Source of the DNA: Octopus vulgaris
Taxonomy: Eukaryota
NCBI GenBank assembly: GCA_951406725.2
Contig: OX597818.1
Location: forward strand, 51,274,001 to 51,338,000
Length of the DNA stretch: 64,000 nucleotides
Direction: 5' to 3'
Shown here: positions 1 to 12,639 of the stretch, piece by piece
Numbering within the stretch: the first letter of the stretch is position 1
How the letters are laid out: each line of letters opens with the position of its first letter
Translations under genes and position numbers: made by a program
Notes under the pieces: model-generated
What the model saw: the letters and a program-made list of their open reading frames with translations, nothing else
The model's database searches: none
What the model was told of the DNA's origin: nothing

Positions 1-269
1 CCTATGAGTAAAGCCATTATAGCTGTCACTATCCTATCTGTATGTGTATCTAAGGTTTCATCATCCAGAATTTAAGTAAACAAAAAAGAAATTTCTCCAA
101 ATGATCTCTGAAATAATGATACTTGATAGAGATATGTTGCTTGTAGATCTGGCATTCTCTCTGAGTTGAGCCACTTCTCCACTCTGTAGAGTTGATTGGT
201 ATCAGGAAGGACATCCAGCCATAGAAGCCATGCCAAAACAGACATGGAGCCTGGGCCATTCTTGTGAAA

Positions 270-545
270 CCATCCAAAGTACTGTTCTGGTACTTTCGAT
301 ATGTAGTTAGAATGGTGCAGGAAAGAATCACAAGATGGATTCTTCAAGCGAAGCCAACCGGTAGAAGACTTAAGGAGAGAGCAAGAATGAGATGGATAAT
401 ATCAATCTCAGTTGGTTACACTTGGGAATCCAAAAAGTCTAATGGTGGTTGCTTCTGATTGGACCCTATGGAGGGCGTGCCTGAGGGCACTACTCTACAT
501 CCAAGTCAGCATGAGGCACTACTCTACATCCAAGTCAGAAAGAGA
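270..545 (+). mobile_element. Degraded RTE-type LINE, 3' end of RT ORF
   Basis: Translation LFWYFRYVVRMVQERITRWILQAKPTGRRLKERARMRW...WRACL resembles the RTE C-terminal LRWFGHVxRM...GxRxRGRPRxRW region; boundaries approximate. Confidence 0.55.
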
Positions 546-558
546 TGTAATGAAAAAG

Positions 559-968
559 GGATCTTTTCGGTTTGAACGGCAGTTTTTTCTAGCGGTGTCA
601 TATGAAATTGTCACTCATAATTATGACCCTAGTATCGAGCTATTGCATTTCAATCTGTTTTAGGGTTAGGGTTAGGAGTTGGGGGAAGGGTATCTTTTTT
701 TCTTCACAAATGTAAATAAACTCAATCTGTTTCTTAAATGAGGGACATATTCATACGGCACAGAATGTTTACACCTCAATAGACATCATTGATTGGTTGA
801 AATTGCAGAAAAAAAAAACAACAAATATCTTACAAACTATAGAATTTTCTCAATAAAGCCAAGAGAAAAAGATGTTTTATGAACACATTCTACCAGTATA
901 CGAAGTTTAAAAGTGTTTAGTTATGTGGAAATTATTTTTAAAAACTGCCGTTCAAACCGAAAAGATCC
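559..968 (+). mobile_element. Merlin-like MITE, copy 1
   Basis: TIR GGATCTTTTCGGTTTGAACGGCAGTTTTT / AAAAACTGCCGTTCAAACCGAAAAGATCC; perfect 8-bp TSD TGAAAAAG (551-558, 969-976); internal TAGGGTTAGGGTTAGG. Confidence 0.85.
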
Positions 969-1034
969 TGAAAAAGTATTGTCTTGGGAAAAGTGATTTT
1001 AATTTTCTAAATGATGCTTTTTTTCTTATTGTAG

Positions 1035-4000
1035 AGAAAAGATGTGAAACCTGGTTCGTCTCCCTCTCCGAAACAAATATAAGCAGAACTGACCATAATT
1101 GTCGAGCATCGAGCACTTCTAATAGTAAACGAGGTCAGAGACATGTCAGGAGTGATTCGGCAGGTGTGAGGAAAGTGAGCAAACATAAAGAGCAGATGCC
1201 TGTTATCTTCAATAACTCATTCGACAGCCATTCGTATTCCTCACGGAGCAACAGACCAAGGATAACATTACAGGTGATTTTTTTTTTAAATATTTTCTTT
1301 TAATTGTTTCCGACATTGAACTGTAGCCATGCTGGAGCACTGCTCTGTAAGGTTTTGTTAATCAGATCTACCTCAGTATTTTTTATGTTCATCTGGTACT
1401 CATTCTATCAGTTTCTTTTCATCAGACCGCTAACAAAGCAACACCGGTTATCAGGCAGTGAGAAACCAACACCAACACATTAACGCACATGTGTGCGCAC
1501 ACACACATACACCGCATTAAAGGTGACGCAAGCATTTTCATACACACAACAGAACTTCTGCCTACCAAATCCACTCACAGGGATTTGGTCAGACCAAGGC
1601 TATTGCAGAAGACATTAGCCTAAGGGGCCATGCAGTGGAACTGAACCTGAGGCCTTGTGGTTGAGAAACAAGCTTCCTAACCACACAGCCATGCCTGTCC
1701 CCACAGCTATGCCTATACACCTATATCATCATCATCATCGTTTAACGTCCGCTTTCCATGCTAGCATGGGTTGGACGATTTGACTGAGGACTGACGAACC
1801 AGATGGCTGCACCAGGCTCCAATCTTGATTTGGCAGAGTTTCTACAGCTGGATGCCCTTCCTAACGCCAACCACTCCAAGAGTGAAGTGAGTGCCTTTAC
1901 ATGCCACCGGCATGAGGGCCAGTCAGGCAGTACTGGCAATGGCCACGCTCAAATGGTGCTTTTTTATGTTCCACCTGCACAGGAGCCAGTCCAGCGGCAC
2001 TGGCAACAACCTCGGGCGAATGTTTTTTCACATGCCACTGGCACAAGTGCCAGTAAGGCAACACTGGTAATGATCCCGCTCGAATGATGCCTCTTGTGTG
2101 TCACTGGCACGGAAACCAGTTAGCTGCTCTGGCAACGATCACACTCGGATGGTGCTCTTTAGCGCTCCACTAGCACGGATGCCAGTCATCGAATTTGATA
2201 TATGTAAAATTGTTGTTTTCACTGTGTACGACAAAATCTGAAATGGCTCACATATTTATTTTTAATACTTCTGGTAGATTCAAATGCAAATATACTAGTT
2301 ACCTAAGTAAGTCCTTTTCATGAGGTGTTCATAACGAACTCAGCTCATTGATGCAAGGGATTCTGAGACACTGCTCTTTCGACTGTTGTGTTACATCAGC
2401 CAGAAGCTTCTCCAGTGCTTCATTGACGTTTTATAGCAGCCGAACGTTTCCATCTATCCTCATATCATACTGTTCCATATAAAAAGTAGCAGAATCATGC
2501 TGGATAAGCTTGGCATCCGTGCTACTGGAGCGCTAAGAGCACCATCCGAGCGTGATCGTTGCTAGAGCAGCTAACTGGCTTCCATGCCAGTGGGACGCAA
2601 AAAGCACCATTTAAGCGTGATCGTTACCAGTGTTGCCTTACTGGCGTGTAAAAAAAAAGCATTCAAGTGAGGTTATTGCCAGTGCTGCCAGACTGGCTCC
2701 TGTGCAGGTGGCACATAAAAAATACCATTTGAGCATAGCTGTTGCCATTACCGCCTGACTGGCCCTTGTGCCAGTGGCAGGTAAAAGCACCCACTACACT
2801 ATCGGAGTGGTTGGCGTTAGGAAGGGCATCCAGCTGTAGAAACTCTGCCAGATCAGATTGGAGCCTGGTGCAGCCATCTGGTTCGCCAGTCCTCAGTCAA
2901 ATCGTCCAACCCATGCTAGCATGGAAAGCGGACGCTAAACGATGATGATGATATCTGGGGGAAAAAAAATTCAACTGGGATGGTCATGGCTTGACTGTTT
3001 TTGATTATTGACATAAACAACAACAACAACAAACAACCCACCATGATGGCATTTGAGTTGGCGTTACTTCTTCTTTGCTTTGCTCTTCAGGAGGCCTTTC
3101 AGAACTACATGCCAACTTGGATATCAAGGAGCAGAGAACGGCAGAAGAGAATTTTATTGGCTGCACAAGAAAGGCGCTACCAGATGCAGATGGAAATGGA
3201 ACGCAACAAAATCTTTCAGAACAAGAAACCCTCAACAACTGCATCTGAAAATGATCCCATTTGTGGTAAGAATTCTTTCTTAGCATCTCTTAATATCTTC
3301 AGGAAAAAAATATTGATTGCTAAAATAGGTAGAAGAACTCTTATATATAATGTGTGTGTGTGTGTGTGTGTATTGTATAAGTGTGTGTGCACACGCACAC
3401 ACACACACACAAGAATATACATCATCATCATCATCATTTAACGTCCGTTTTCCATGCTAGCATGGGTTGGACGGTTCGACCGGGGGATCTGGGAAGCCAG
3501 AAGGCTGCACCAGGCTCCAGTCTGATCTGGTAGTGTTTCTACAGCTGGATGTCCTTCCTAATGCCAACCACTCCGAGAGTGTAGTGGGTGCTTTTAAAGT
3601 GTCACTGGCACAGGTGCCAGGCAAGGCTGGCAATGACCACGATCGTATTGGTGCTTTTTACGTGCCACCGGCACGGAAGCCAGTCAAGGCGGCGCTGACA
3701 TCGGCCACGTTCGGATGGTGCTTTTTACGTGCCACCGGCACGGAAGCCAGTCTAGGCGGCGCTGGCATAAGCATTATATAACAAGCTTCTTACAGTTTCC
3801 TTCCACCAAATTTCACTCATTCAGATACAGTAGAGGACATCCAGTTCCATCTAGTGCAAACAAAATCGAAACCAGTGTGGTTCCCCAGTGAACACTAAAG
3901 GGTTAAGAAGTTTATTTGCAATTCTATTCGTCTGGATTCAGCAATGATGTGTGAGGCTTCTACCCGAGTCTCAGTTTTACCTAAAACTCCTGAAATAAAT

Positions 4001-7000
4001 TGGGTAGACAGAAATTGCACAGAAGCTCATGTATCTGTTCTTCTTGGATTACTCTTTTACCCTTTTATTTGTTTCAGTCATTTGACTGTGGCCATGCTGG
4101 AGCACTGCCTTTAGTCGAGCAAATTGACCCCAGGACTTATTCTTAGTAAGCCTAGTACTTCATTCTGTCGGTATCTCTTGCCAAAGCGCTAAGTGACAGG
4201 GACGTAAACACACCAGCATTGGTTGTCAAGCGATGTTGGTGGGGACAGACACAGACACACAAACATATACACACACATACATATACATATATTTACATAT
4301 ATACGACGGGCTTCTTTCAGTTTCCGTCTACCAAATCCACTCACAAGTCTTTGGTCGGCCTGAGGCTATTGTAGAAGACACTTGCCCAAGGTGCCACGCA
4401 GTGGGACTGAACCCGGAACCATGTGGTCATGTGGTAAGCTACTTACCACACAGCCACTCCTGTGCCTATGGTAAACTTAATTATAATCTGCTACCATGGA
4501 GTCACATGGCTTAGGGGTTTGGGTGTTGGATCATAAGGTTGTGGTTTCAACTCCTGGACCGGCTGGTGCATTGTGTTCTTGAGCAAAACACTTCATTTCA
4601 CGTTTGCTCCAGTCCTCTCAGCTGGTAAAATTGAGTAACCCTCAATGGACCGGTGACCCAGCCAAGGAGAAATATATATACCAGAGAAACTGGGAAACCG
4701 GCCTATGCTCCTTGCAGAGTAATCTGGACTAATCATCAAAATCAATCACCTTGTTTAACACCACTACCTTGTCTTTCAATGTCCTTAGCAGAATCTACTC
4801 AGACCAAGTCTCTAGACTAGGGCTGGCCAACCTGAGGCCCACAGACTTTTATATTGTGGCCCGCTTGATAATTTCTTGAAGTGGGTTTATTTAAACAAAC
4901 ATTTAAAAAATGTTATCAAAAATTAAAGATTGTAATGTAAAGTTAAAAAGAAAGATAGGCACAGGAGTGGCTGTGTAGTAAGTAGCTTGCCTTACGAACC
5001 ACATGGTTCTGGGTTCATTCCCACTGCATGGCACCTTCGGCAAGTGTCTTCTACTACAGTCTCGGGCTGACCAAAGCCTTGCGAGTGGATTTGGTAGAGG
5101 GAAACTGAAAGAAGCCCATCGTGTATATGTATATGTATATATATGTGTGTGTTTGTGTCTCTGTATTTGTCCCCCCCAACATCGCTTGACAACCAATGGT
5201 AGTGTGTTTGCGTCCCTGTAACTTAGCGGTTCGGCAAAAGAGACCGATAGAATAAGTACTAGGCTTACAAAGAATAAGTCCTGGGCTCGATTTGCTCAAC
5301 TAAAGGCGGTGCTCCAGCATGGCCGCAGTGAAATGACTGAAACAAGCAAAAGAGAGAGAGCACTGTTTTTGCAACAGTAATATTTCATGTTGAATCAGCG
5401 ATCATTCATTCATTATTGTAATAATAGCACAAGAAAGCAAAATGCTTTCGATTCTGTCAGTATACCAGCAGCCCTCAAAAACCTGTCTGTGATTAAAGTG
5501 TCCCACAATGTAATTCGAGTTGGCCAAGCCTACTCTAGACCAAAGTTTCTTTCCTCCTTACTACCAAACACTCATCATGCCTTCCATTGTTTATTTATTG
5601 TTTTGTGTTTAACCCTTTAGTGTTCGCATTATTCTGCCAAAATTAATCCTTTTTTATCCACATTGCCTTGAACTAATTAGGCATTATCTTGTAGCTATGA
5701 GATTTTGATAAGGTAGCTGTTAATTTTTAAAACGATATTGTAGGGTTGGTGTGAGAGACCAGATCTGTCCAGTTTGAACATAAAACAGGCAGAATACTTT
5801 TGGCCAGATATGGCCGGTTTAAATACTAAAGGGTTAATACATTTTCATTTTTTTTTTATCTATTTTTAAATCCTATTTCAGAGAATCTTTACAAGCCGAA
5901 GAAAAGAGCGTTTTCCAAACAAGAAATGAAAGAATTAAACTGGAAGTAGGTTTGCTTATTTGACTTTAATAAATGTAACATTTTTATTTCTTGTCGTCCA
6001 ACCTGAGGGTGTCACCATGAAATTTGACTATAACATGTTCTAGAAATATGCGTAGCTTTCTAGTAGGCAGCCACCGGTTTCAAGAGGCCATGGATCTGCG
6101 CCTGAAGAAATCATGTCAGCTGTTGATGGTGATTCAGTGTCTGTTGTCGCTGTACGGGTCCACATGGGAGTGGCAGTCACACATACAGTGACTGCATTTG
6201 AAGGATCTCTCTACCAGTGCTACTGGTTTTTCCTTCTGCTGAGTGTGCTTTTCTTTGGTGGCAAGTTCCTGTTTTTCTTCCACTCATTTCATCCTCGTTT
6301 GCAGTATTTGTCTCCAGTGTGGGCCATCATTTGCGACCACCTTCCATCTCAGGACGTCCAGATCAAGCAACTTTGTATCTCTCTTACAGACATCCTTGAA
6401 GCAAAGATGAGGTCGTCTTCATATATGTTTTAGAAATATGTGTAGCTTACATTTATTTGTGATGTGATGTCCTCAGATGCAACCAAACTTGGCTCAGACT
6501 CTGACAGTTTGTCCAACCCATGGAAAGTAAACTGATCCAGATCTTTTCAGTTTGAACGGCAGTTTTTCTAGCGATGTCATATGAAATTGTCACCCATAAT
6601 TATGACCCTAGTATCGATCTATTGCATTTCAATCTGTTTTAGGATTGGGGTTAGAGGTGGAAGGAAGGGTATCTTTTTTTCTTCAGAAATGTAAATAAAC
6701 CCAATTTGTTTCTTAAACAAGGGACATATTCATACTGCACAGAATGTTTTCAACTCAATAGACGTCATTGATTGGTTGAAATTGCAGAAATTGAAGAAAA
6801 AAAACAACAAATATCTGACAAACTATAGAATTTTCTCAATAAAGCCAAGAGAAAAAGATGTTTTATAAACACATTCTACCAGTATACGAAGTTTAAAAGT
6901 GTTTAGTTATGTGGAAATTATTTTAAAAAACTGCCGTTCAAACCAAAAAGATCCACTGATCCTAATGAACTTTGTTACACCCTCCTTTCAACTGTGTGCT

Positions 7001-10000
7001 CTCTCCCTCTCAGGAATGGTTTAAAGTATTAAATAAGCCATGTTCACTAGGATGGACATCATTTTAGTGTCTGTAATTTTTATCGCTAGGCACACACAGT
7101 CATGCATTCACCTACGAAATTCCTAATCTGGTGCTCCTCTTCTTCAGCCATAACAAGCATTCAAAGCAAGATGGTTAGTTGGCAGAAACATTAGCACACT
7201 GGGCAAAATGTTTAGCAGTATTTCGTCTGTCTTTACATTCTGAGTTCAAATTCCGCCAAGGTCAACTTTCATCCTTTTGGGGTCGATATATTAAGTACCA
7301 GTTGCATATTGGGATCGATCTAATCAACTGCCCTCTCTTCCAAAAAGTTTAGGCCTTGTGCTTAGAGTAGAAAAAAAAAGGAAAAAAATAACGCGCATTC
7401 AAAGCAACAAATACAAAAATATTCTTATTGTTCCATAAGATTGTCATCATTATTATGATGATTTAACATCTGTTTTCTATGCTGGCATAGGCTGGGCAGT
7501 TTGACCAGAGGACTGCAGCAAGCTCTATTTTCTGCTTTGGCATGGTTTCTACAGCTGTATGTCTTTCCTAGTGCCAACGACCTTATAGAGTGGACTGAGC
7601 CCGGGTAAGGTCAGCAAGTAATTTACAAGGCTCTTCAAGTGATGGAGGAGTATTATTAAGGGAGCGGCTTTGTGCTAAGTAATGAGAAGTTAGAGTATGA
7701 TAGAGGGACAGAAACGGGTGTCTTGCTATAGGAGATACATGGCCATCCCATTCAGAGAGAGAGAGATGGCAGCAATGTGTCATGGCATAACCTCAAGGTC
7801 CAAGGAGGTGAATATTAGTGGAGTGGCGGTGAGCTGGGAGAAACGTTAGCACACTGGGCAAAATGCTTAGCGGTATTTTGTCTGCCACTACGTTCTGAGT
7901 TCAAATTCCACCAAGGTCGATTTTGCCTTTCACCCTTTCGGGGTCGATTAAATAAGTACCAGTTACACACTGGGGGTTGATATAATCGACTTAATCCATT
8001 TGTCTGTTCTTGTTTGTCCCCTCTATGTTTAGCCCCTTGTGGGTAATAAAGAAATAGAACGTTAGTGGAGTGGTACAGTGGATTGGACCAGGCGAATGAG
8101 CAGGGAGTTTATGGGAGTGCAAAGGGACAGAGGGGAGGAGAAGAGGAATGCCTTTGATAATTTCTTTCTAAATCACATCTTCTTCTTCATCTTTTAACAG
8201 GCTTTATAGAAATCTTCCAGAAGTTATAAGTCAAAAAGTTGAACAGACCCGCAAGATTCAGTATAAATATAACAAGACCAAAAGTCGTGTTTTTAGTATG
8301 GTATGTATCACTAAATAATGAATGTAATTATTGTGGCTTCTCTTATGTTAGGTGTGTAGTGACGTCATATTCCAGTGTATGCACACGTAACGTCATTCTT
8401 CAGTGTGCGTGTGCGGAATGTATTCTTCAGTGTGCGTGTGCGGAACGTCCTTTTTCAGTGTGCGTGTGCGGGGTTGGAACCTTCTGGAAAGGCATAAGGA
8501 AGTTCCCTCATGCACATGCGCTAGAGACTGGGGAAGAAATTCTATCGCGTTCCTTAATAGTGTCGTTGACTTGAGACACGGCGATAGAAGAGAAAGGACG
8601 TATTTTTAAACGTGTGATCAGCCTATTCTCCTGTCCTAGACGCTTAGGATTTGACCTGTTCTGTTGCTGCTGGATTGTTGTAAGAATCTTACAAACGTTA
8701 GAATTCAGCCTTGCTGTGTTGAACTAAATGGATACCAATATGCCATCGTGCTTCATTTGTGAATAAGAGAATAAAGAATCGTATATATTTTTAAAGTTGC
8801 GTTTTGTTACCGACTGGTAGTTTCTAGAAACAAAAAGAAAGGAAATTGTGTTGCACCCAAGTTGCACCCCAAAAGTGTAAAGAAGCAACCAGTTCCCTTT
8901 ACAGGTGTATAGCAATGTGTTTTAATGCAATGTAAACATCTCTGCAAGCTATGACCATTACCTTAATTTCAATTCAATCATTGAAATGGGGTCAATGTAA
9001 TCGACCTGCCCCTTCCCCCGAAACTGCAGATTATGTACGTATAGTAGAAAGGATTTTCATTATTATTGAGTGAGAGAGCAGTGCATGCCATCAAAGTGAC
9101 ACTGGGATAAAATATACAAAGCCCAGTAAACCCATCATGACTACCCATCTGATAAGGATAGACCAGACACATGCATCACAACCATATGTGCATGGCTTGG
9201 TGATCTCATAGCAAGATAGACCAGAGGGTGCACACTCTCCTACCCTGATGTAATCTCCAGGGATACAGGCATCCAGCAACAGGACCTCTGTAATGCTATG
9301 ATGGACCATGAAGTCTGGCATAACATAGTATATTCCATTGTCTCGACCACAGTCAAACAATGATAGTGAATATTGCATTTGACTGAGGAAGTTGAATGCT
9401 GATGGCTTAATAAAAGAAAATTGTTTCCCTCACATTTTACTCTCGTAAAAAAGGCAGGAAATACCAAAAGATGTAGTCCAAGGTACCATATGGCTGAAAT
9501 ACTTTTGATCTTAGATCTACTTGATGAAAGTTGGCTAGACAATGACAACAACAATCAAAGAAAATTTTTACTGAATTCCTTTTCTTACATAATTAACAAT
9601 GGGGTACACTTAATGTTAATATATTTAAATAGGGAACTCCATCTTACAAACAATAACTCTGAGCACCTTTTCAAACTCCACCCGTCTAACACCCGTGGAC
9701 ATATTTACAAAGTCAGAAAACAGCACAGCTCCCATGACTTCAGGAAACATTTTTTCACGCTGAGAGTTGCTGAAGCATGGAACAAACTGCCGGCATCGGT
9801 TGTTAGTTGTCGGAGCACTGCATCCTTCAAAACTTCCATGCTTTCAGAGATTCACCAACACTACACCTGATTTTCTCCCCTCCATACACATGCAAGCATG
9901 TATCTGACTCATACACTGTTCACTTTCCAGACATTTGTACATTACTGCATATGCTTTATACGCACTTTCTGACAAGTTGTGGTGCACCTGAGCACTGTAT

Positions 10001-10182
10001 ATAATAATTTCATTATTATTATTATGTAGAAAATAAACGTACATCTCTTAGTTAGTATTTTAAGGGCATGCTATTACATTATCGCTCCTGTAATTAATTA
10101 TTTATTCATTTATGTTTTTATTTTTCTATATTAACAGAAAGTACAGAAAAATATCTTGAACAAAGTCAGTAGAAAGATATGA
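1035..10182 (+). CDS. ALMS-motif protein (ALMS1-like centrosomal protein), 3' exons: 1035-1273, 3091-3265, 5882-5945, 8201-8300, 10138-10182 (TGA); 5' exons lie upstream of the window
   Basis: All introns are GT-AG and phases are consistent (0,1,2,0). The spliced product reads TLQEAFQNYMPTWISRSRERQKRILLAAQERRYQMQMEMERNKIF...ENLYKPKKRAFSKQEMKELNWKLYRNLPEVISQKVEQTRKIQYKYNKTKSRVFSMKVQKNILNKVSRKI*, matching the ALMS motif pattern (LQEA..FISRSxER...ENLFKPK...KxIYxxLPEV) of ALMS1/C10orf90/CEP295. The first exon is less certain. Confidence 0.85.
1726..2200 (-). mobile_element. 5'-truncated RTE LINE (3'UTR tandem-repeat region plus (GAT)n tail)
   Basis: Same sequence as the 3'UTR of the RT-bearing copy at 47059-48530; ends ...CATGCTAGCATGGAAAGCGGACGTTAAAC(GAT)n. 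Confidence 0.75.
2510..2952 (+). mobile_element. 5'-truncated RTE LINE 3'UTR copy
   Basis: GGCACGTAAAAAGCACC-type repeats followed by the conserved tail and (GAT)n. Confidence 0.75.
3421..3770 (-). mobile_element. 5'-truncated RTE LINE 3'UTR copy
   Basis: (ATC)n TTTAACGTCCG...; same family as 47059-48530. Confidence 0.75.
4052..4468 (-). mobile_element. tRNA-derived SINE family A
   Basis: Reverse copy of GGCGCAGGAGTGGCTGTGTGGTAAG...GGTTCAGTCCC...CCTTGGGCAAGT...GACTGAAACAAGTAAAAGAG; Pol III A/B-box-like head. Confidence 0.8.
4957..5360 (+). mobile_element. tRNA-derived SINE family A
   Basis: Full-length copy with internal TA/TG microsatellite. Other copies at about 1310-1715(-), 17589-17790, 18236-19125(-, cluster), 25870-26790(-), 37968-38388(-), 44108-44510 and 54348-54750. 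Confidence 0.8.
5608..5838. mobile_element. piggyBac-type MITE
   Basis: TTAA|CCCTTTAG...CTAAAGGG|TTAA termini; relatives at about 41687-42650, 53069-53292 and 60772-61190. Confidence 0.7.
6059..6421 (-). mobile_element. 5'-truncated RTE-like LINE of a second family
   Basis: Minus strand encodes RPHLCFKDVCKRD (an RPxLRYKDVCKRD-like motif); flanked by a near-perfect direct repeat ATGTT(C/T)TAGAAATATG(C/T)GTAGCTT at about 6035-6058 and 6425-6448. Confidence 0.65.
6539..6954 (+). mobile_element. Merlin-like MITE, copy 2
   Basis: Same TIRs as 559-968; perfect 8-bp TSD ACTGATCC (6531-6538, 6955-6962). Confidence 0.85.
7824..8057 (+). mobile_element. tRNA-derived SINE family B
   Basis: GGCGGCGAGCTGGCAGAAACGTTAGCAC...GAGTTCAAATTCC...CTTTCATCCTTTCGGGGTCGA...GTAAAGAAATAG family; other copies at 7170-7375 and 10852-11063(-). 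Confidence 0.75.
8370..8472. repeat. About 28-bp tandem repeat, 3.5 copies
   Basis: Unit approximately TCATTCTTCAGTGTGCGTGTGCGGAA(C/T)G. Confidence 0.8.
9640..10024 (+). mobile_element. CR1/L2-clade LINE 3' end
   Basis: NTRGHIYKVRKQHSSHDFRKHFFTLRVAEAWNKLPASVV (TRGH...FFxxRVxxxWNxLP motif) followed by an (ATT)n tail. Confidence 0.8.
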
Positions 10183-10326
10183 AGATAAAACAGAGAAACT
10201 CCACTTCTGGAGGGTTTGAAATGTCCAGCAACAGCCATGTAAATTATATTTATATGTGTAGATAAATATATTATATATATATAAATATATCTTATATATA
10301 TATATGTCTGTTTGTATTATATTTTC

Positions 10327-10332
10327 AATAAA
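10327..10332 (+). terminator. Candidate polyadenylation signal of the ALMS-motif gene
   Basis: AATAAA 145 nt after the stop codon, followed by GT/T-rich sequence. Confidence 0.5.
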
Positions 10333-11732
10333 CGTTTTTGTGAACTATTCCAGATTCGATCATCATCATCATCATCATTTTATATCCATTTTATACTGGC
10401 AACCCACCACTAACATCTTTATCCTCTTTTCGGTTATTCCCACCCTTGTATAATATAAGGTAGCCATACGTCGTCTCTTTACCAACCCACTTGTGTTTGT
10501 CCATCTATTGTACTATAGCCTCATCACCTGACATAAAGCCATATCGCTCTCTCATATTTTCTGACCCTCCCAACTTAGTCAAGGGGAGCTTTTTTTTCCT
10601 GTTCTTTTCCTGTCTTGCAAATTATGTGGTAACCTCACTTGTGCCAGTGGCATGAAAAACACACACACAGTACACGCTGTAATTTGGTTGGTGTTAGGAA
10701 GGGAATCCAACCATAGAAACCAAGCTAAAGCTGACAGAACCCAAAGCTGCTGTCAAACCATGTAACCCCTGCCAGTATGGAAAACAGACATTAGATAATT
10801 GTGATCTCCATGCTGGCTGGGTTAGACAGGTTATTACTGTCCACGTCCATTCTTATTTCTTTATCGCCCACAAGGCACAAGGGGCTAAAAAGAGACAAAC
10901 AAAGGGATTAAGTCGATTACATCAACCTCAGTGCGTAATTGGTACTTAATTTATTGACCCCGAAAAGATGAAAGGCAAAGTCAACTTTGGCGGAGTAAAA
11001 ACGTAAAGACAGACAAAATACCGCTAAGCATTTCGCCTGGCGTGCTAACGTTTCTGCCAGCTGCCAACAAGAATGTCCAAGTCCATTCTTGTTGACAGCC
11101 ACTCTTCTCATTAACTGATGATTGCATGTCATTTCAATAGAAAATTATTACAAATAACACCATTTTTCAAGATGGTCAAACCTTGCATAAAAATTCCATG
11201 TTAATTCATGTTATAAACTCTAGCATAATAATGGGAATTATTGTACTAAATCCATTATTTTCAAAATTTGTTTTCAACTGAAAAATAGTAGCAAAAAGGT
11301 TTATTTTTATACAACCACCATGCACCTTGTTACCACTTATGGTGTACTCTTTGAGATTCATTCATTTGGAGGCTCTTTTCTTTGGCTCAGCAACTAAGAA
11401 AGTTGTACAGACATGATGTGAATAAATAATGCTCTCTGATGGCTATGGAAGGTGTCTCAGGCAAAGACACAGCAAAAAAGGGAGGTTATTGTTTTAACTA
11501 CAGATTAGTCCTGACTCTGTGGACATCTCAGTTATGACCATCCTGACTTTTTCATAAGCAACTGTGTATTTAGGATTGTATTATCAGGCGAGCCCTGCAC
11601 ACACACACACACACACTTTTTTTTTAATGCAATATTACGTCAGTTGAGAGAAAATGAGTTACTTCCCTTACAATGTCAAATGACCATGTATTTATCTCAC
11701 TGGCTCAGAAAGAGTATGTGATCACACCTCAT

Positions 11733-12131
11733 GGATTTTTTCGGTTTGAACGGCAGTTTTTTAAAATAATTTCCACGTAACTAAACACTTTTAAACTTCG
11801 TATACTGGTAGAATGTGTTTATAAAACATCTTTTTCTCTTGGCTTTATTGAGAAAATTCTATAGTTTGTAAGATATTTGTTGTATTTTTTCTTCAATTTC
11901 TGCAATTTCAACCAATAAATGACGTCTATTGAGGTGAAAACATTCTGTGCCGTATGAATATGTCCCTCGTTTAAGAAACAGATTGGGTTTATTTACATTT
12001 GTGAAGAAAAAAAGATACCCTCCACCCCTACCCCTAACCCTAAAACATTGAAATGCAATAGATCGATACTAGGGTCATAATTATGGGTGACAGTTTCATA
12101 TGACACCGCTAGAAAAAACTGCCATTCAAAC
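11733..12131 (-). mobile_element. Merlin-like MITE, copy 3 (one TIR truncated)
   Basis: Reverse orientation of the 559-968 family; the right TIR stops at TTCAAAC. Confidence 0.8.
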
Positions 12132-12639
12132 CTCATTAGGTGTGATCACATACTCTCTCTCTGAGCCATATCATTTCAGACAGTTGAGGTGAATGGCAAT
12201 TTTGTGACACAAATGATTTGATATGTGTGGAAATTTGTCTGTCTGAAGACTTCAGTAATTACTAAGCCAACAACAGAATGAAATTAAAACGAACTTAATA
12301 TATTAATATGGTAGCAAGCTGATCAAGTCATTAGAGTATTGGACATATCTTGTACTGGTTTCAATTCGCTCTGCAATCAGTTTAAATTTTGTCTTTCACT
12401 CTTCTGGGCTCAAATAAAGTACCAGTCTTCTGTGGAGAGATGTGTACTTCTACCTCTCTCACAATCAGCTATATCACACCATGACAAAGGTCATGTATGA
12501 AGACCAATCACACCATTCCTATCTCCAGAAATTGAAAAAGAAATAAAGGAGACCGGCAGCCTGTTCTCATAGAAAAATCTGATACAGAACTGGAACTAAC
12601 AATGGATATACCAATGTGCAATATTTCAAAGAACATTTC

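Noticed and set aside
661-677. TTAGGG repeats as an interstitial telomere
   Set aside because: Only 2-3 units, and an internal part of the MITE present in the other copies.
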